Part shown: positions 38,169-48,034 of the stretch, one piece after another
How positions within the stretch are numbered: position 1 is the first letter of the stretch
Layout of the letters: every line of letters begins with the position of its first letter
IMG/VR virus record: IMGVR_UViG_3300010163_000022
Coordinates: 658-64,657 of that record
Direction: 5' to 3' (one strand)
Length of the DNA: 64,000 nt
Source of the DNA: a virus
Lineage: Duplodnaviria > Caudoviricetes
Notes under the pieces: model-generated
Seen by the model: the letters and a program-made list of their open reading frames with translations, nothing else
The model's database searches: none
Told to the model about the DNA's origin: nothing
Program-made: the position numbers and the translations under genes

Positions 38169-39066
38169 ACAATCACCAAATAAATCAAGTAGAAATGGAT
38201 GGGTTCCAGATATTATAGTTTGTCATATAACAGAAGGAAACTATAATGGTTCAGTTGATTGGCTATGCAATAAAAAATCTCAAGCCTCTTCGCATTTTGT
38301 TGTAAGTAGACAAGGAGAAGTTTCTCAATTAGTAGATTTAAAAGATATGTCTTGGTGCAATGGAACTTCTAATGTTTCTTCTGATAAAAGATTTTATGGT
38401 TTATCTACTTCATCAATAATAAAAAATAGAAAATGTAATGCTAATTATTATACAATAAGTATAGAAACAGAAGGTTATTCTGCTACAACAAAAGGTTCGC
38501 TTTCTAATAGTCAATTTAATTCTTTAGTAAATTTAATTATATATATTAAAGAACAAATAAAAAAAATATATAATATTAATTTAATTATTGATAGAAAACA
38601 TATTTTAGGTCATTATGAAATAAATCCAATTACTAAGCCTAATTGTCCAGGCTCAGAATTTCCTTTTGATAAACTTATTAAAGAAGTTAATAAAAGACTA
38701 AATAATACTTCTAATAATATTATAGAAAATAATAGTAATTTATATAAAGTAAGATTGTCTTGGGATAATTCTCAATCTCAAATTGGAGCATTTTCAAATT
38801 TAAATAATGCCATAAATTTAGTTAAACAAAATAATAAATATAAAGTTTTTAATGAAGACGGAGACCAAATTTATCCTAAATCAGAAGAAAAAATTAAAGT
38901 TGGTTCAAAAATTAAAATAATTGGAACTACTTATGCTACTGGTCAAAATATACCTAACTGGGTTAAAAATAATATTTATACTGTTTCTAAAATAAAAGAT
39001 AATAAATGTTTAATTAAAGAGATAGTTAGCTGGGTTTATATAAATGATTTAGTTATTTTTAATTAA
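38152..39066 (+). CDS. Endolysin: Amidase_2 N-acetylmuramoyl-L-alanine amidase with C-terminal cell-wall-binding domains
   Basis: IVCHITEG, ASSHFVV, SIETEG, ILGHYEI..KPNCPG. Confidence 0.92.
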   Translation: MNINYRQSPNKSSRNGWVPDIIVCHITEGNYNGSVDWLCNKKSQASSHFVVSRQGEVSQLVDLKDMSWCNGTSNVSSDKRFYGLSTSSIIKNRKCNANYYTISIETEGYSATTKGSLSNSQFNSLVNLIIYIKEQIKKIYNINLIIDRKHILGHYEINPITKPNCPGSEFPFDKLIKEVNKRLNNTSNNIIENNSNLYKVRLSWDNSQSQIGAFSNLNNAINLVKQNNKYKVFNEDGDQIYPKSEEKIKVGSKIKIIGTTYATGQNIPNWVKNNIYTVSKIKDNKCLIKEIVSWVYINDLVIFN

Positions 39067-39072
39067 TCTTAA

Positions 39073-39100
39073 TTTACATTTTATCTAAAACTGATATAAA
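39073..39100 (+). promoter_or_regulatory. Conserved phage promoter (TTTACA-16 bp-TATAAA)
   Basis: TTTACA ttttatctaaaactga TATAAA. Confidence 0.8.
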
Positions 39101-39157
39101 TATAATTAATAAATATATATTATTTATTTATTAATTTAAAAATAAAGGATTGATATT

Positions 39158-39775
39158 ATGAAAATATCTAATATTAGAGTTTATGGATTGCAAGAAAGTT
39201 TAATTGCTTCAGGATATCCTATGAAAAATAATAATCAAATTGAAAATTTAAGCAATAATATGGTTTTTGACTCAAAAGTAGATATAAAAAGAGGTGAAAG
39301 ACTAGCAAATACAAAGATAGGAGAAGGTCACGATAATTTTTTAAATGGTATTATAGTTCAATTTGATTTGAAAACAAATTTAAAATTTTGGCCACAACTC
39401 CAACGTTATCATTTTGTTGATTTTGTTAGTAGCCAATCTATAATGCATACTGTAGAGAAAATTAATTTTAAAAAAGCTGAAAATTATTTTAATAAATATA
39501 TAAGTTATTCAAAAATTTGTGAACTAGAAGAAAAAAGACAAAAATATTTATTAGCTAAAGAAGAAAATAATAAAGATTTAATTGAAGAAGCTTTTAATGA
39601 TTTAGTATATAATATTCCATTAGGATTTGAATATACTGCAAGATTAACTACTAATTATCGTCAATTAAAAACAATTTATAATCAAAGAAAAAATCATAAA
39701 TTAAAAGAATGGAGAGACTTTTGTAAGTCATTAAAAGATTTACCTATGTCTAATCTTTTTATTATTGAAAATTAA
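39158..39775 (+). CDS. Divergent ThyX-fold (flavin-dependent thymidylate synthase-like) protein
   Basis: GHDNFL.GI.VQFDL..QLQRYHFVDFVSSQS; NIPLG..TNYRQLKTIYNQRKNHKL.EWR.FC mirrors the ThyX layout but lacks RHR. Confidence 0.55.
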   Translation: MKISNIRVYGLQESLIASGYPMKNNNQIENLSNNMVFDSKVDIKRGERLANTKIGEGHDNFLNGIIVQFDLKTNLKFWPQLQRYHFVDFVSSQSIMHTVEKINFKKAENYFNKYISYSKICELEEKRQKYLLAKEENNKDLIEEAFNDLVYNIPLGFEYTARLTTNYRQLKTIYNQRKNHKLKEWRDFCKSLKDLPMSNLFIIEN

Positions 39776-39777
39776 AA

Positions 39778-39800
39778 ATAAGCTACATTATGTAGCTTAT
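39778..39800. terminator. Bidirectional terminator at the convergence of the two genome arms
   Basis: ATAAGCTACA-TTA-TGTAGCTTAT between convergent genes. Confidence 0.8.
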
Positions 39801-39814
39801 CTATTTTTAATATT

Positions 39815-40186
39815 CTATTTATCTTCTTCATTATTTTCTAATGCTTTTAAATATGCAGGTTCATCTTTCCAATCACCATATGCTAACCATATATAACATT
39901 CATCTGATGTTGCGAAAATATATTCTGAAACTCCACCATCTATATCATAATATTCATGTTCAAATGTTTCATTTTCATTTAATCTTGAAATAGTTTCTGC
40001 CATAGGAAATCTATATTTACCATTGCTATTCATTATTAATTCTTCATTAAAATGCATTCTTCTAAAGATATTTTTAACTGTGATAAATTTATTTGCTTGA
40101 GTACTACTTTCATCAAAATATATTGTTCCTTCAAAAACGTCACATTTCTCATTGTTTATAGTTACTATCTTTTTAGTTTTATTCAT
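39815..40186 (-). CDS. Hypothetical early protein
   Basis: AAGGAG RBS; own upstream 50-bp repeat element. Confidence 0.8.
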   Translation of the reverse strand: MNKTKKIVTINNEKCDVFEGTIYFDESSTQANKFITVKNIFRRMHFNEELIMNSNGKYRFPMAETISRLNENETFEHEYYDIDGGVSEYIFATSDECYIWLAYGDWKDEPAYLKALENNEEDK

Positions 40187-40199
40187 ATTGATTATCTCC

Positions 40200-40249
40200 T
40201 TTATTTGTTTATTTATTATTTATTATGATATAATTATATCAATTTTCTT
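40200..40249 (-). repeat. 50-bp exact direct repeat, copy 1 (promoter/operator block)
   Basis: Identical to 47041-47090; contains the 16-bp palindrome TGATATAATTATATCA. Confidence 0.9.
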
Positions 40250-40317
40250 CTAATACGTACATATCAATACTAGACAAAAATAAAGTAGATTTTTATACAA
40301 TTTATACAAAAAAATAA

Positions 40318-40338
40318 AGGCCTATTTTAAATAGACCT
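40318..40338 (-). terminator. Intrinsic terminator
   Basis: Minus strand AGGTCTATT-TAA-AATAGGCCT then T-run. Confidence 0.6.
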
Positions 40339-40354
40339 AAATTTATTATTTTAT

Positions 40355-40723
40355 TTACATTAAAAATTTATCAAATATACAAACAGGTATACAAATTCTT
40401 ATAGCCATATCATTGTTATCTAATAAATTTGAAAAATCTTTTATATAAGCTTCTACATTAAAAAATTTATTTAAATTATTTATTTTTTCATTGATATTAA
40501 AACATATATTATCATTGTCTATTTTTGTTTGCAATATATGCATATATAAATTAAATTCATTTTTATAAATTATAAATTCAAAAAATAATTCATTAATAAC
40601 ATAATCATTTAAGTTAGAATATTTATTTAAACATACATCTAAGAATAAATTTTTTATTAATAATTTTTTAAAATCTAATTGCAATTTATCTGATACCTCA
40701 TTAATTTTGTTAATATTCATCAT
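40355..40723 (-). CDS. Hypothetical protein
   Basis: AGGGG RBS; 122 aa. Confidence 0.7.
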   Translation of the reverse strand: MMNINKINEVSDKLQLDFKKLLIKNLFLDVCLNKYSNLNDYVINELFFEFIIYKNEFNLYMHILQTKIDNDNICFNINEKINNLNKFFNVEAYIKDFSNLLDNNDMAIRICIPVCIFDKFLM

Positions 40724-40839
40724 AATAAGCCCCTTTATTTATTTATATAAATTAGTATTTTTTAGCTTAATTTATATAATAGATAAAAATACTAAAAAAC
40801 TACTATATAAAATAAAGATTAATTAATAAAAATAATAAT

Positions 40840-41001
40840 TTACATATTTTCTAAATAACATACTGCTAATTTAAAAATTATATAAACAAAAGCTATTAAA
40901 CAAAATGCCTTAAATCCAAAATATAAATATTCTTGTAAACAATCTAAAAAATTAACATATTCTAAATAATAATTTGTTACTCCAGCATAAGTTCCTATCA
41001 T
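40840..41001 (-). CDS. 53-aa membrane peptide, not in the ORF track
   Basis: GAAGGGAG RBS; MIGTYAGVTNYYLEYVNFLDCLQEYLYFGFKAFCLIAFVYIIFKLAVCYLENM. Confidence 0.65.
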   Translation of the reverse strand: MIGTYAGVTNYYLEYVNFLDCLQEYLYFGFKAFCLIAFVYIIFKLAVCYLENM

Positions 41002-41054
41002 AATAAAAATCTCCCTTCAATATCATAATTTATTTTTTAAATTTATTTATTATT

Positions 41055-41594
41055 TTATTTATATTGAAACTTATATCCACCAACTTTATATTTACGTCCA
41101 GCTATTGTTTCTCTACCTGTTCTTAAGCTTTCTCTAATCCAACCACTATTACAAATATTATTTTCTGATGCCCATTTCATTGTTTCAATTAATCCTTCAA
41201 TAGTTAAAATTAAAATTCCATCTTTAAAAATCTGAATATGTTTCTTACGATTACCTCTTCTATTACTACCATTATTAATAATAATGTTATTTGTCTTATA
41301 AAATTCTTCTTGACTTATTTCTTTTTGATTGCTATTAATATTATCTATTTTATTTTTATTTTCTTGTGCTTTAGATTTTATTTCTTCAAATTTATTTATA
41401 AATTGCTTATCATTTTCTTCAGACTCAACAGATATTTCATTAAATATATTTTTTTTATTTTCTCTTTTTATTGCTTCTTTAACTAATCTTAATAATTTAT
41501 CTTTATTCATATTCCATCTTCTAGCTATATTATATATTTTTGCTACATCTCTAAGCTGTTCTAATGTTAAATTATCAATATCTATATTTATCAT
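41055..41594 (-). CDS. Rho-N-like (HeH) N-terminal domain plus NUMOD1-like C-terminal DNA-binding domain
   Basis: LTLEQLRDVAKIYNI..MNKDKL; C-term ..IRESLRTG..GGYKFQY. Confidence 0.55.
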   Translation of the reverse strand: MINIDIDNLTLEQLRDVAKIYNIARRWNMNKDKLLRLVKEAIKRENKKNIFNEISVESEENDKQFINKFEEIKSKAQENKNKIDNINSNQKEISQEEFYKTNNIIINNGSNRRGNRKKHIQIFKDGILILTIEGLIETMKWASENNICNSGWIRESLRTGRETIAGRKYKVGGYKFQYK

Positions 41595-41610
41595 ATCATT
41601 AATCTCCTTT

Positions 41611-41808
41611 CTATCTTATAAAACTTGAAAATGTTATATGTTTTGCTTTTACATTATATTTTTTAGCTAATTCATCTGACTTTTGATTAAATTTTAAAAT
41701 ATAAGGATTTATCTCTTTTTTAGCTTCTTCTCTACTAATAGCTCCTACATTATATTTAAATCTTGCTTCTTTTGCTTTATTTAAAAGCTCCAAAACCTCG
41801 TCTGTCAT
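41611..41808 (-). CDS. Small hypothetical protein
   Basis: ATG 41808 after an AGAGAGGTG RBS; YNVGAISREEAKKEINPYI. Confidence 0.7.
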   Translation of the reverse strand: MTDEVLELLNKAKEARFKYNVGAISREEAKKEINPYILKFNQKSDELAKKYNVKAKHITFSSFIR

Positions 41809-41931
41809 AATTGCTATCACCTCTCTCTTATACATTTCTCTTATAATTATATTATATCAAGTCCGCAAAATAAAGATATTGACTTTTTTAACAAAAATAA
41901 TATTAATTTTTTGTATATTTTTAACAAATTA

Positions 41932-43938
41932 TTAAATTAATTCTACAGCTATAATTTCATTACCTTTTGTAACAGAACTTCTTAAAGTTAACCTAGATGA
42001 TGCTAAATTAATATTTTCAGTATTGCAAGTATAAACTTTATTTTTCGTTTTTAAATTAATAATTATATCATTTTTTAATGTTAAAATTTTAAAAACTTCT
42101 GATTTATTACTATAAGCATTTTTTACTATTTTTTTATTAAGATTAAATACTCTAAAATCTAATTTATTAATTTTACCATCTTTATAAATTATAATAATAT
42201 ATTTATATTTATTATCTAAAATTGTATAGCCAATTATTAATTTATTTTCTTCTAGCTCTAGAAATGTAGGTAAATATAATCCTAAAGATTTAGTTTTCAT
42301 TTCTTGAATTAAACTTATATTAATTTTATAAAAATTTTGTTTATTATCAAAAATAATTAAGTTTTTATTATTATTTGTTTTAAATTTATCTAAAATAATA
42401 TCGCCTGGCTTTAAATTAATATCATTTTGTTCATTTCTATATTTATAACAATATCCATCTTTTGTTAAATAAATAAATACTTCATAATCTTCTATTTTTT
42501 TCTCAATTAAGCTATAAGATACTTTTTTAGTACTATTATCTATTTCAATAATTTTTGTTTGTCTTTCTTTTCCATATTTTTGCTTTATATCTATTAAATC
42601 TTTAATAATTACTTTATTTATTTGTTTTTCAGAATTAATAATTTTTTTTAGTTTATTTATTTCTATATTTAATTTATCTATTTCTAAAATTTTATCTTCA
42701 ATAAAAAATTTATTCATATTTCTCATTTTCATATTTGCAATATAAGAAGCTTGATTACTTGAAAATTTAAATTTTATTTTTAATTTATCTTCAATTTCTT
42801 TATCTTTAGAATTTTTAATTATATTAATTACTTCATCTATATTATTTAATAAAATTTTAAAACTTTCTAAAATATTAATTCTCTCTAATAATTGAGATAA
42901 TTTATAATTTAATTCTTTTTTAATACAATTTCTTCTCCAAATTAACCATTCTTCAATTATTTGATTAACGCCTAAGACTCTTGGTAAATTATTAATTAAA
43001 ACATTCATATTACAATTATAAGTATTCTCTAAAGGTGTAAATTTATAAAGTTTTTCTATTAACAAATTTTTATCTATATTTCTTTTTAATTCAAGAGAAA
43101 TTGCCATTGTATTTAAACCAGTTAAATCGTGGATTTTTAAAACTTCTTTTATTTTTAAATCTTTTATTAAATTAACAATTTTATCTATTACTGCTTCTCT
43201 TGTAACACCATAAGGAAGCTCTGTAATAATTAATTCATCATCTTTAGCCTCAATTTTAGCTCTTAATTTTAAAGAAACTCTTCCTAAATTATTAAGCTGT
43301 TGAAAAATATTGTCATCTTTTATAATATATCCACCTGTAGCAAAATCAGGTATTAATAAATTATGTTTGTTTGTATTTAAATAATTTATAACTTCATCAC
43401 AAACTTCTGATAGATTAAAAGACGGTAATTTTGATGAAAATCCTATAGCTATTCCTTCTTGAGCATTAAGTAAAATATAAGGGAATTTTATATTAATAAA
43501 TTCTGGTTCTTGTAAAGTTCCATCATAATTATTTTTAAATTCTATAAAATTTTTATTTAAATTTTTTAACATATCAATAGCGAAATCTGACAATTTTATT
43601 TCGGTATATCTGTCTGCAGCAGGTGCTAAATCTCTAGAAGTATATTGTCCAAAGTTACCTTTTCCATCTAATAAAGGATGCAATTGATTATCTTTTTGAA
43701 CCATAGAAACTATAGTAGGATAAGTTGTCGAATGAGGATGATAAAACATAACTCTTCCTGCTACTGACATTGATTTTTTAAAAGAAATTACATTCATTTC
43801 TTTCATTGCCCATAATATTCTTCTATACGATATTTTTAATCCATCATATAAAGAAGGAATTGCTCGATTTAATAAAACTTCTGCAGAAAAATCCATCATA
43901 TATTCTTCTATTAAATTGCTAATATCTTTATTTATCAT
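41932..43938 (-). CDS. Type IIA topoisomerase, GyrA/ParC-like subunit
   Basis: RAIP..DGLK..RRILWAM, YHPHS, GNFG, catalytic AADRYTE, PDFATGG. Confidence 0.95.
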   Translation of the reverse strand: MINKDISNLIEEYMMDFSAEVLLNRAIPSLYDGLKISYRRILWAMKEMNVISFKKSMSVAGRVMFYHPHSTTYPTIVSMVQKDNQLHPLLDGKGNFGQYTSRDLAPAADRYTEIKLSDFAIDMLKNLNKNFIEFKNNYDGTLQEPEFINIKFPYILLNAQEGIAIGFSSKLPSFNLSEVCDEVINYLNTNKHNLLIPDFATGGYIIKDDNIFQQLNNLGRVSLKLRAKIEAKDDELIITELPYGVTREAVIDKIVNLIKDLKIKEVLKIHDLTGLNTMAISLELKRNIDKNLLIEKLYKFTPLENTYNCNMNVLINNLPRVLGVNQIIEEWLIWRRNCIKKELNYKLSQLLERINILESFKILLNNIDEVINIIKNSKDKEIEDKLKIKFKFSSNQASYIANMKMRNMNKFFIEDKILEIDKLNIEINKLKKIINSEKQINKVIIKDLIDIKQKYGKERQTKIIEIDNSTKKVSYSLIEKKIEDYEVFIYLTKDGYCYKYRNEQNDINLKPGDIILDKFKTNNNKNLIIFDNKQNFYKINISLIQEMKTKSLGLYLPTFLELEENKLIIGYTILDNKYKYIIIIYKDGKINKLDFRVFNLNKKIVKNAYSNKSEVFKILTLKNDIIINLKTKNKVYTCNTENINLASSRLTLRSSVTKGNEIIAVELI

Positions 43939-43952
43939 TTTTGCCTCCTAAA

Positions 43953-45857
43953 CTAAATATTTATATATTTATTAAGATTGTTTGATATATATTCTTTTCT
44001 ATAAGAAACATCTAAACCCATCCAATTTTCTAAAACTTTTGTCATTTCTTTAGCATCTTGAATAGTTATTTTTATCAAATTTCTTGTTTTTGCATTCGTT
44101 GCTGTTTCATACATTGTTTTTGCATCTAATTCTCCAAGTCCTTTAACTCTAGAAATAGTATAATCAGTTTTAATTGATAATAATTCTTTATCTTTTTGTT
44201 GTTCAGAATAATAATAAATTATATTTTTATTTTTTGTTTTTACTTCATACAAAGGAGTTTGAACGATATAAATATATCCTTGCTTTAAAAGTGTAGGCAT
44301 TAATCTATAAAACATTGTTATTACTAAACATCTAATTTGAAAGCCATCTGCATCTTGGTCGCTTGCTAAAATTATTTTTCCATATCTTAGATTATTAATA
44401 TTAAAACTTTCTAAATCTTTATTATATCTATCTGTTTCAATACCACAACCTAAGCTTCTAACTAAATCAAGAATAATTTGATTTTTAAAAATAATATTAT
44501 AATCTGATTTTAAACAATTTAATATTTTACCTCTTAAAGCATAAGCTGCTTGATAAGTTGCATCTCTAGCTAAAATAACTGAACCTAATGCACTATCACC
44601 TTCTGCTATAAATAATTCAGATTTATCATTATGAATTTTACAATCTACTAATTTTTCAATCCTATTATTAATAGTTATTTTTTCAGTTAATTTTTTCTTT
44701 AAATTTTGCTTTGCTTTTAAAGCTATTGTATTATGCTTTTGAACTAATAATAAATGATTTATAAATTTTTTAAACATTTCTTCTTTTTCAGTTTTAAATA
44801 TTTCTAATGTTAATTGAGCTTGCTTTTTAGCTATATCTTTATATAATTGCTTATTAGTAGATAATTTAGTTTGATTGCTAAATTCAACTTTGTTAGATAA
44901 ATTAATACATAAAAAACTTACTGAATTTTCAACATCTAATAAAGAAAAACTATTTATATCCTTAGGAAATAAATTATTACTTTTACAATATTTACTACAA
45001 TATAACTTTATTCCATTTAAAATTCCCTCATTAAAACTTCCGCCTTCTTCTAAATAAGTTAAATTTAAATAACTTTCTTGAATTTGCTGCTCTAAAGATG
45101 TTGTTGTTAAATATAATTTTATTTGATTAACTTCATTATTATCATTATAAGTAGTTAAATTTATATCAAAAATATCTGAAGTAACTTGATTATTAACTAA
45201 ATTTTCAAAATATTCTTTAGAATTTTCATAATAATATAAAAATACTTCGTTTATATATTTAAAATAAATTTTAATTTTTGGTGAACTTACTGCAAAATGA
45301 TTAAGTATATTTTTAATAATCTCTTTATTATAGATAGTGCTTGTATAAATATCAGGATCTAATTTAAATATAATTTGAGTTCCATGCTCTTCTTTATTGC
45401 AAGCTTCTTTGGATAGTTCTTGACTTATTTCTCCTCCATTTTCAAAAATAATAGAATACTTAAAGCCTTCATATTTTGATATTACTTTAAAAAAAGAAGA
45501 TGTATAATTAATAACAGTATTACCAACACCATTCGTTCCAGTTGTGGTTTGTTCATTTTCAGTATACTTTGTTCCTGCAAAAAGTGTTCTAAATAAAAGT
45601 TCATAATTTTTAATTCCATTAGTTTCTCCATCTATTTGGATACCTCTACCAGTATCCAAAATAGACAAAGTTTGATTATCTTCTTTCAATTCTACTTCTA
45701 TTTGACCATTTTCAAAATTATTAATGATTTCATCGCAAGCATTAGCAACAACTTCTTTTAGGGGATGATAATAATTTGAACTTGAACCAAACCAGATAGA
45801 TATTTTTTCTCTAGCTTGTTCTTTTGTAGTAAGAACTTTTATTTTGTCATGCTTCAT
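43953..45857 (-). CDS. Type IIA topoisomerase, GyrB/ParE-like subunit
   Basis: EVVANACDE, DTGRGI, GTNGVG, EGDSA, LRGKILN, DQDADG, VKGLGE. Confidence 0.95.
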   Translation of the reverse strand: MKHDKIKVLTTKEQAREKISIWFGSSSNYYHPLKEVVANACDEIINNFENGQIEVELKEDNQTLSILDTGRGIQIDGETNGIKNYELLFRTLFAGTKYTENEQTTTGTNGVGNTVINYTSSFFKVISKYEGFKYSIIFENGGEISQELSKEACNKEEHGTQIIFKLDPDIYTSTIYNKEIIKNILNHFAVSSPKIKIYFKYINEVFLYYYENSKEYFENLVNNQVTSDIFDINLTTYNDNNEVNQIKLYLTTTSLEQQIQESYLNLTYLEEGGSFNEGILNGIKLYCSKYCKSNNLFPKDINSFSLLDVENSVSFLCINLSNKVEFSNQTKLSTNKQLYKDIAKKQAQLTLEIFKTEKEEMFKKFINHLLLVQKHNTIALKAKQNLKKKLTEKITINNRIEKLVDCKIHNDKSELFIAEGDSALGSVILARDATYQAAYALRGKILNCLKSDYNIIFKNQIILDLVRSLGCGIETDRYNKDLESFNINNLRYGKIILASDQDADGFQIRCLVITMFYRLMPTLLKQGYIYIVQTPLYEVKTKNKNIIYYYSEQQKDKELLSIKTDYTISRVKGLGELDAKTMYETATNAKTRNLIKITIQDAKEMTKVLENWMGLDVSYRKEYISNNLNKYINI

Positions 45858-45884
45858 ATTAGTCCTCCTTATTTGTTTTATAAA

Positions 45885-46064
45885 TTAAATTATTTCTTTT
45901 TCTACTAATTTATTGTAAATATATTTATAATTTTTATGAGGTAAAATCTCACCATAAATTCTTGCATATCTTTTACATAAGCCATCAATAAATTCTTCAA
46001 AATTCTCAGTTTTTGTAAATAATCCTTCATTTTTAATTTTTATTAATTCCATCTTTGCATTCAT
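45885..46064 (-). CDS. 59-aa hypothetical protein, not in the ORF track
   Basis: GGAGG RBS; MNAKMELIKIKNEGLFTKTENFEEFIDGLCKRYARIYGEILPHKNYKYIYNKLVEKEII. Confidence 0.7.
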   Translation of the reverse strand: MNAKMELIKIKNEGLFTKTENFEEFIDGLCKRYARIYGEILPHKNYKYIYNKLVEKEII

Positions 46065-46097
46065 TTTAAATCCTCCAATCTAATTAAAATAATAGCA

Positions 46098-46124
46098 AAT
46101 ACTCCTAGAAAATCTAGAAGTATT
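46098..46124 (-). terminator. Intrinsic terminator
   Basis: Minus strand AATACTTCTAGA-TTT-TCTAGGAGTATT. Confidence 0.65.
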
Positions 46125-46134
46125 TTATTATATT

Positions 46135-47019
46135 TTATAAATAACAAACTAATGAACAATATAATCTGTGTTTATTTTCTTCTTCGTTTTGTGCTTTTTT
46201 AACTATTCTTTGGCTTCTTTTGTATGTACTAACAATTAACTTATTATTTTCTAAATGTAAATCTTCAAGCATCTCTTGCAAAGTATATTCTTTTCTATTA
46301 TCAATAAAATCAACAAATGCTAACATATCATTTAATCCTAATATTTCAATTTCTTCTTCTTCATTTGCTGCTTTTTCAACTATAGCTGCTGTTAATAAAA
46401 TCCACGCTTCAATTTCTTTTATATCTGTTGTTCCTTGATGTTTTCTAAATTCTATTGTTCCATGCTTAATATAACTTTTTATATTTAAACTTCTATATCT
46501 TTCTCTTACACCTTGTGCTAAAAATCCAATATTATGACTTTCTTTTCTTAATTCTTTCATATCTTTATTAATCTCTACTGTATCAGCTAAAATATCTTGG
46601 CAATAATAACTATCTTCATATCTTCTAGGATTTATTATACTTCTAATTGCATTAAACTCATACTTTGCATATAAATTGAATAATCTTTGTACTTGAAAAT
46701 TATCAAAATCTCTAATATCATGATGTACATGAAAACCAGCTTTTTTTCCGCCGTGTGCTTTAATTTGTTTTCTTAAAATCTCAACAACTTTTTCTAATTC
46801 ATCAAAATCTTCTAAAACAGGACTTACTACTTCCCATCCGCATTTATCTAAACTACCATCAGGAACTATTTTCCAACTATCAATTAAATCTGGGCTATTG
46901 TGGTCATAATTAAATTCACAATTAATACCTGCTGCTTTGATTAAATCTACTGCTTTTCTAGGGTCAACTTTTGTCATAACTTCTAATTCTACTCCAAATC
47001 TCATTTTTCTTGTCTTCAT
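46135..47019 (-). CDS. Putative amidoligase (Amidoligase_2 / COOH-NH2 ligase type 2)
   Basis: RFGVELEV, WKIVPDGSL, WEVVSPVL, GFHVH, RYRSLN, GTIEFRKH. Confidence 0.9.
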   Translation of the reverse strand: MKTRKMRFGVELEVMTKVDPRKAVDLIKAAGINCEFNYDHNSPDLIDSWKIVPDGSLDKCGWEVVSPVLEDFDELEKVVEILRKQIKAHGGKKAGFHVHHDIRDFDNFQVQRLFNLYAKYEFNAIRSIINPRRYEDSYYCQDILADTVEINKDMKELRKESHNIGFLAQGVRERYRSLNIKSYIKHGTIEFRKHQGTTDIKEIEAWILLTAAIVEKAANEEEEIEILGLNDMLAFVDFIDNRKEYTLQEMLEDLHLENNKLIVSTYKRSQRIVKKAQNEEENKHRLYCSLVCYL

Positions 47020-47040
47020 ATTTATTATCTCCTTTACTTA

Positions 47041-47090
47041 TTTATTTGTTTATTTATTATTTATTATGATATAATTATATCAATTTTCTT
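47041..47090 (-). repeat. 50-bp exact direct repeat, copy 2
   Basis: Identical to 40200-40249; upstream of the amidoligase gene. Confidence 0.9.
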
Positions 47091-47262
47091 GTAACTTGTA
47101 TATAGACAAACTAGACAAAATTTGAAGTATTTTCTATACAAAATTAACAAAAAATCTTTAGTAAATTTAAATATATCTTTTTCTTTATAGTAATTTTATA
47201 TAAATCTTATGTATTTTTTAAAACTTTTTTATCTGTTATTTTATTTAAATAAAGTATTTAAA

Positions 47263-47880
47263 TTAATTCAATAAATATTCTTTAATAATTATATCTTTTA
47301 ACTTATTTTTAAATTTATTTACTCTTTGATTAGCTGCTTGTCTTGTAATTCCATATTTTTCTGCATAATATTTAATAGAATGATTTTTTTTATTTAATAA
47401 AACTGATAACAATTCTTTGTCTTCATCACTAACTATATATTTTTTAATTAATAAACAAAGTTCTTTATATTCTAATAATTCTTGAGCTGTTTCTTTATCA
47501 TCATATAACATTTCTTCTAAAGTAGAATATTCTTTATTGTCATTTTCTTTTAAGGGGGCATTTAATGATATTACTCCATTATTTTTATTTTTTAATGAAA
47601 ATTTTTTAAAAGTTACATTCCTTACGCCTTTTAAAATTTTATAATATAAATAAGTTGAAAACTGATTACCTAAGCATGGATTATATTGTTTATAAGCTCG
47701 CCATAATTCTAATAAAAGTTCTTGTAAAAAATCTTCTTCTTCTGTTTTATTATAAAAAAATTTTAAATTAGCTTTTTTTACTTGAGCAATTACAATTGGC
47801 ATAAATTCTTCTTTGACTTCTTCAAAACTCATAAGCTTTATTTCATTATCAGAAAGTATTATCATCTTTTTTTCACTCAT
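47263..47880 (-). CDS. Second sigma-70 family sigma factor
   Basis: EEDFLQELLLELWRAYKQY..QFSTYLY; ISLNAP; C-terminal HTH YAEKYGITRQAANQR. Confidence 0.85.
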   Translation of the reverse strand: MSEKKMIILSDNEIKLMSFEEVKEEFMPIVIAQVKKANLKFFYNKTEEEDFLQELLLELWRAYKQYNPCLGNQFSTYLYYKILKGVRNVTFKKFSLKNKNNGVISLNAPLKENDNKEYSTLEEMLYDDKETAQELLEYKELCLLIKKYIVSDEDKELLSVLLNKKNHSIKYYAEKYGITRQAANQRVNKFKNKLKDIIIKEYLLN

Positions 47881-47936
47881 ATTATTAATCTCCTTTATTC
47901 TTTATTTGTTTAAATATATTTATTTAAATAAAATAC

Positions 47937-47972
47937 TATTCTAGAATTTTAATTATAAAATATTCTAGAATA
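47937..47972. promoter_or_regulatory. Tandem palindromic operator-like sites TATTCTAGAAT(T/A), 24-bp period
   Basis: 47937-47947 and 47961-47972; the second is a perfect 12-bp palindrome. Confidence 0.5.
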
Positions 47973-48034
47973 ATATTTATTATTTATATATTTTTTATCT
48001 ATATTCTAAAAATTTTTTTAATTTAATAAATTTT

